Origin: Chiloscyllium plagiosum
Taxonomy: Eukaryota
Reading direction: 5' to 3'
Assembly: GCF_004010195.1 (NCBI RefSeq)
Contig: NC_057754.1
Span: forward strand, 1,588,823-1,652,822
DNA length: 64,000 nucleotides
Numbering within the stretch: the stretch's first letter is position 1; each line of letters opens with the position of its first letter. The position numbers were made by a program, and so were the translations under genes. Under the pieces are notes generated by a model. That model saw only the letters and a program-made list of their open reading frames with translations. It was not told where the DNA came from and did not search any database. Shown piece by piece: positions 63,115-64,000 of the stretch.

Positions 63115-63422
63115 GTTTAGATTAGATTCCCTACAGTGTGGAAACAGGCCCTTCAGCCCAACCAGTCCACACCGACCCTCCGAAGAGTAACTCACCCAGA
63201 CCCATTTCCCTCTGACTAATGCACCTAACACTATGGGCAATTTAGCAAGGCCAATTCACCTGACCTGCACATTTTTGGACTGTGGGAGGAAACTGGAGGA
63301 AACCCATGCAGACACAGGGAGAATGTGCAAACTCCACACAGACAGTCACCCGAGGCTGGAATCAAACCTGTGATCCTGGTGCTGTGAGGCTGCAGTGCTA
63401 ACCACTAAGCCACCATGCCGCC
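63115..63422 (-). mobile_element. HE1-type V-SINE
   Basis: Same structure as 10522-10823; minus head gggcggcatggtggcttagtggttagcactgc. Confidence 0.9.
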
Positions 63423-63721
63423 CATTTATTTTATGGGAAAGTTAAAATTAAGTGTACATTTTTTGAACAGTTGGGGTACCGTCACAACTCAAACAGGTAT
63501 GTGGTTCCACAGACATTAGTGGTGTCCTGGTATTTCATCCACGAAGTCTTTTTTTCCTATGTGTGAAACCATACAGTAATTGTTGGCAAGTTGTTTGATT
63601 GTGAGAGGCTACCGCTGCTAATTCCAGTGACAATGCCATCCTGCTTCCATCCTGGTGAAAGATGAAAGCTCGCTCACCTCATGTTAAAATTAAAACTGGG
63701 ACTCCTCTACTTTGTTTCAAC

Positions 63722-63817
63722 TGTCTTGCTTCTTGGATGCTGCGTGACCGGCTGTGCTTTTCCAGCACCAGACTTTTCGACTCTGATCTCCAGCATTGCA
63801 GTCCTCACTTTCTCCTT
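63722..63817 (+). mobile_element. Penelope family A tail fragment
   Basis: ggatgctgc...gctgtgcttttccagcacca...gcagtcctcactttctcc. Confidence 0.75.
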
Positions 63818-64000
63818 TGCTTTATTTGGTACTACTTTGCTCAATTGATTTATTTGCTGAACCATTGCTATATCTTTGTAATTTCCTGCACCTGTGGCAG
63901 AGTGTGGGAGTGTTCACACACCAAACTGCAGTAAATAAAATGAATAAAGAGCTAGCCTTGTGCCATGAGGTATTCTATACTGACAGAATGCTGTCAGGTT

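Noticed and set aside
63340..63422. tRNA genes (also ~10745-10823, 23860-23942, 42070)
   Set aside because: tRNA-derived SINE heads continuing into SINE bodies; no complete cloverleaf seen.

Overview
Vertebrate nuclear DNA, almost certainly an elasmobranch (HE1 V-SINEs and Deu-domain SINEs; the repeat mix resembles bamboo/carpet sharks, which is my inference). No protein-coding gene is recognisable, so this is probably a large intron or intergenic region. Much of the window is decayed transposable elements: CR1 LINEs (one nearly full-length copy with ORF1 zinc finger and SGNH esterase), L2, Crack-like, Rex1/Babar and RTE LINEs, several tRNA-derived SINEs, a fossil Tigger/pogo transposase, and Harbinger-type remnants. 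The ORFs I could assign are TE fragments, repeat-derived or antisense shadows. The main signals are: (i) about 20 short Penelope-like (PLE) insertions from four families whose termini carry minimal hammerhead-ribozyme motifs, showing C-G/G-C covariation in a loop-less helix III, often as fold-back structures with 8-15 bp TSDs; (ii) at least two of these insertions appear to have copied neighbouring genomic DNA into themselves; (iii) a ~2 kb SVA-like composite element (YY1-type head, 29-bp GC-rich VNTR, Rex1-like tail); (iv) a 33-bp tandem array born inside a Deu-SINE. All calls are by eye; boundaries are approximate unless TSDs are quoted.
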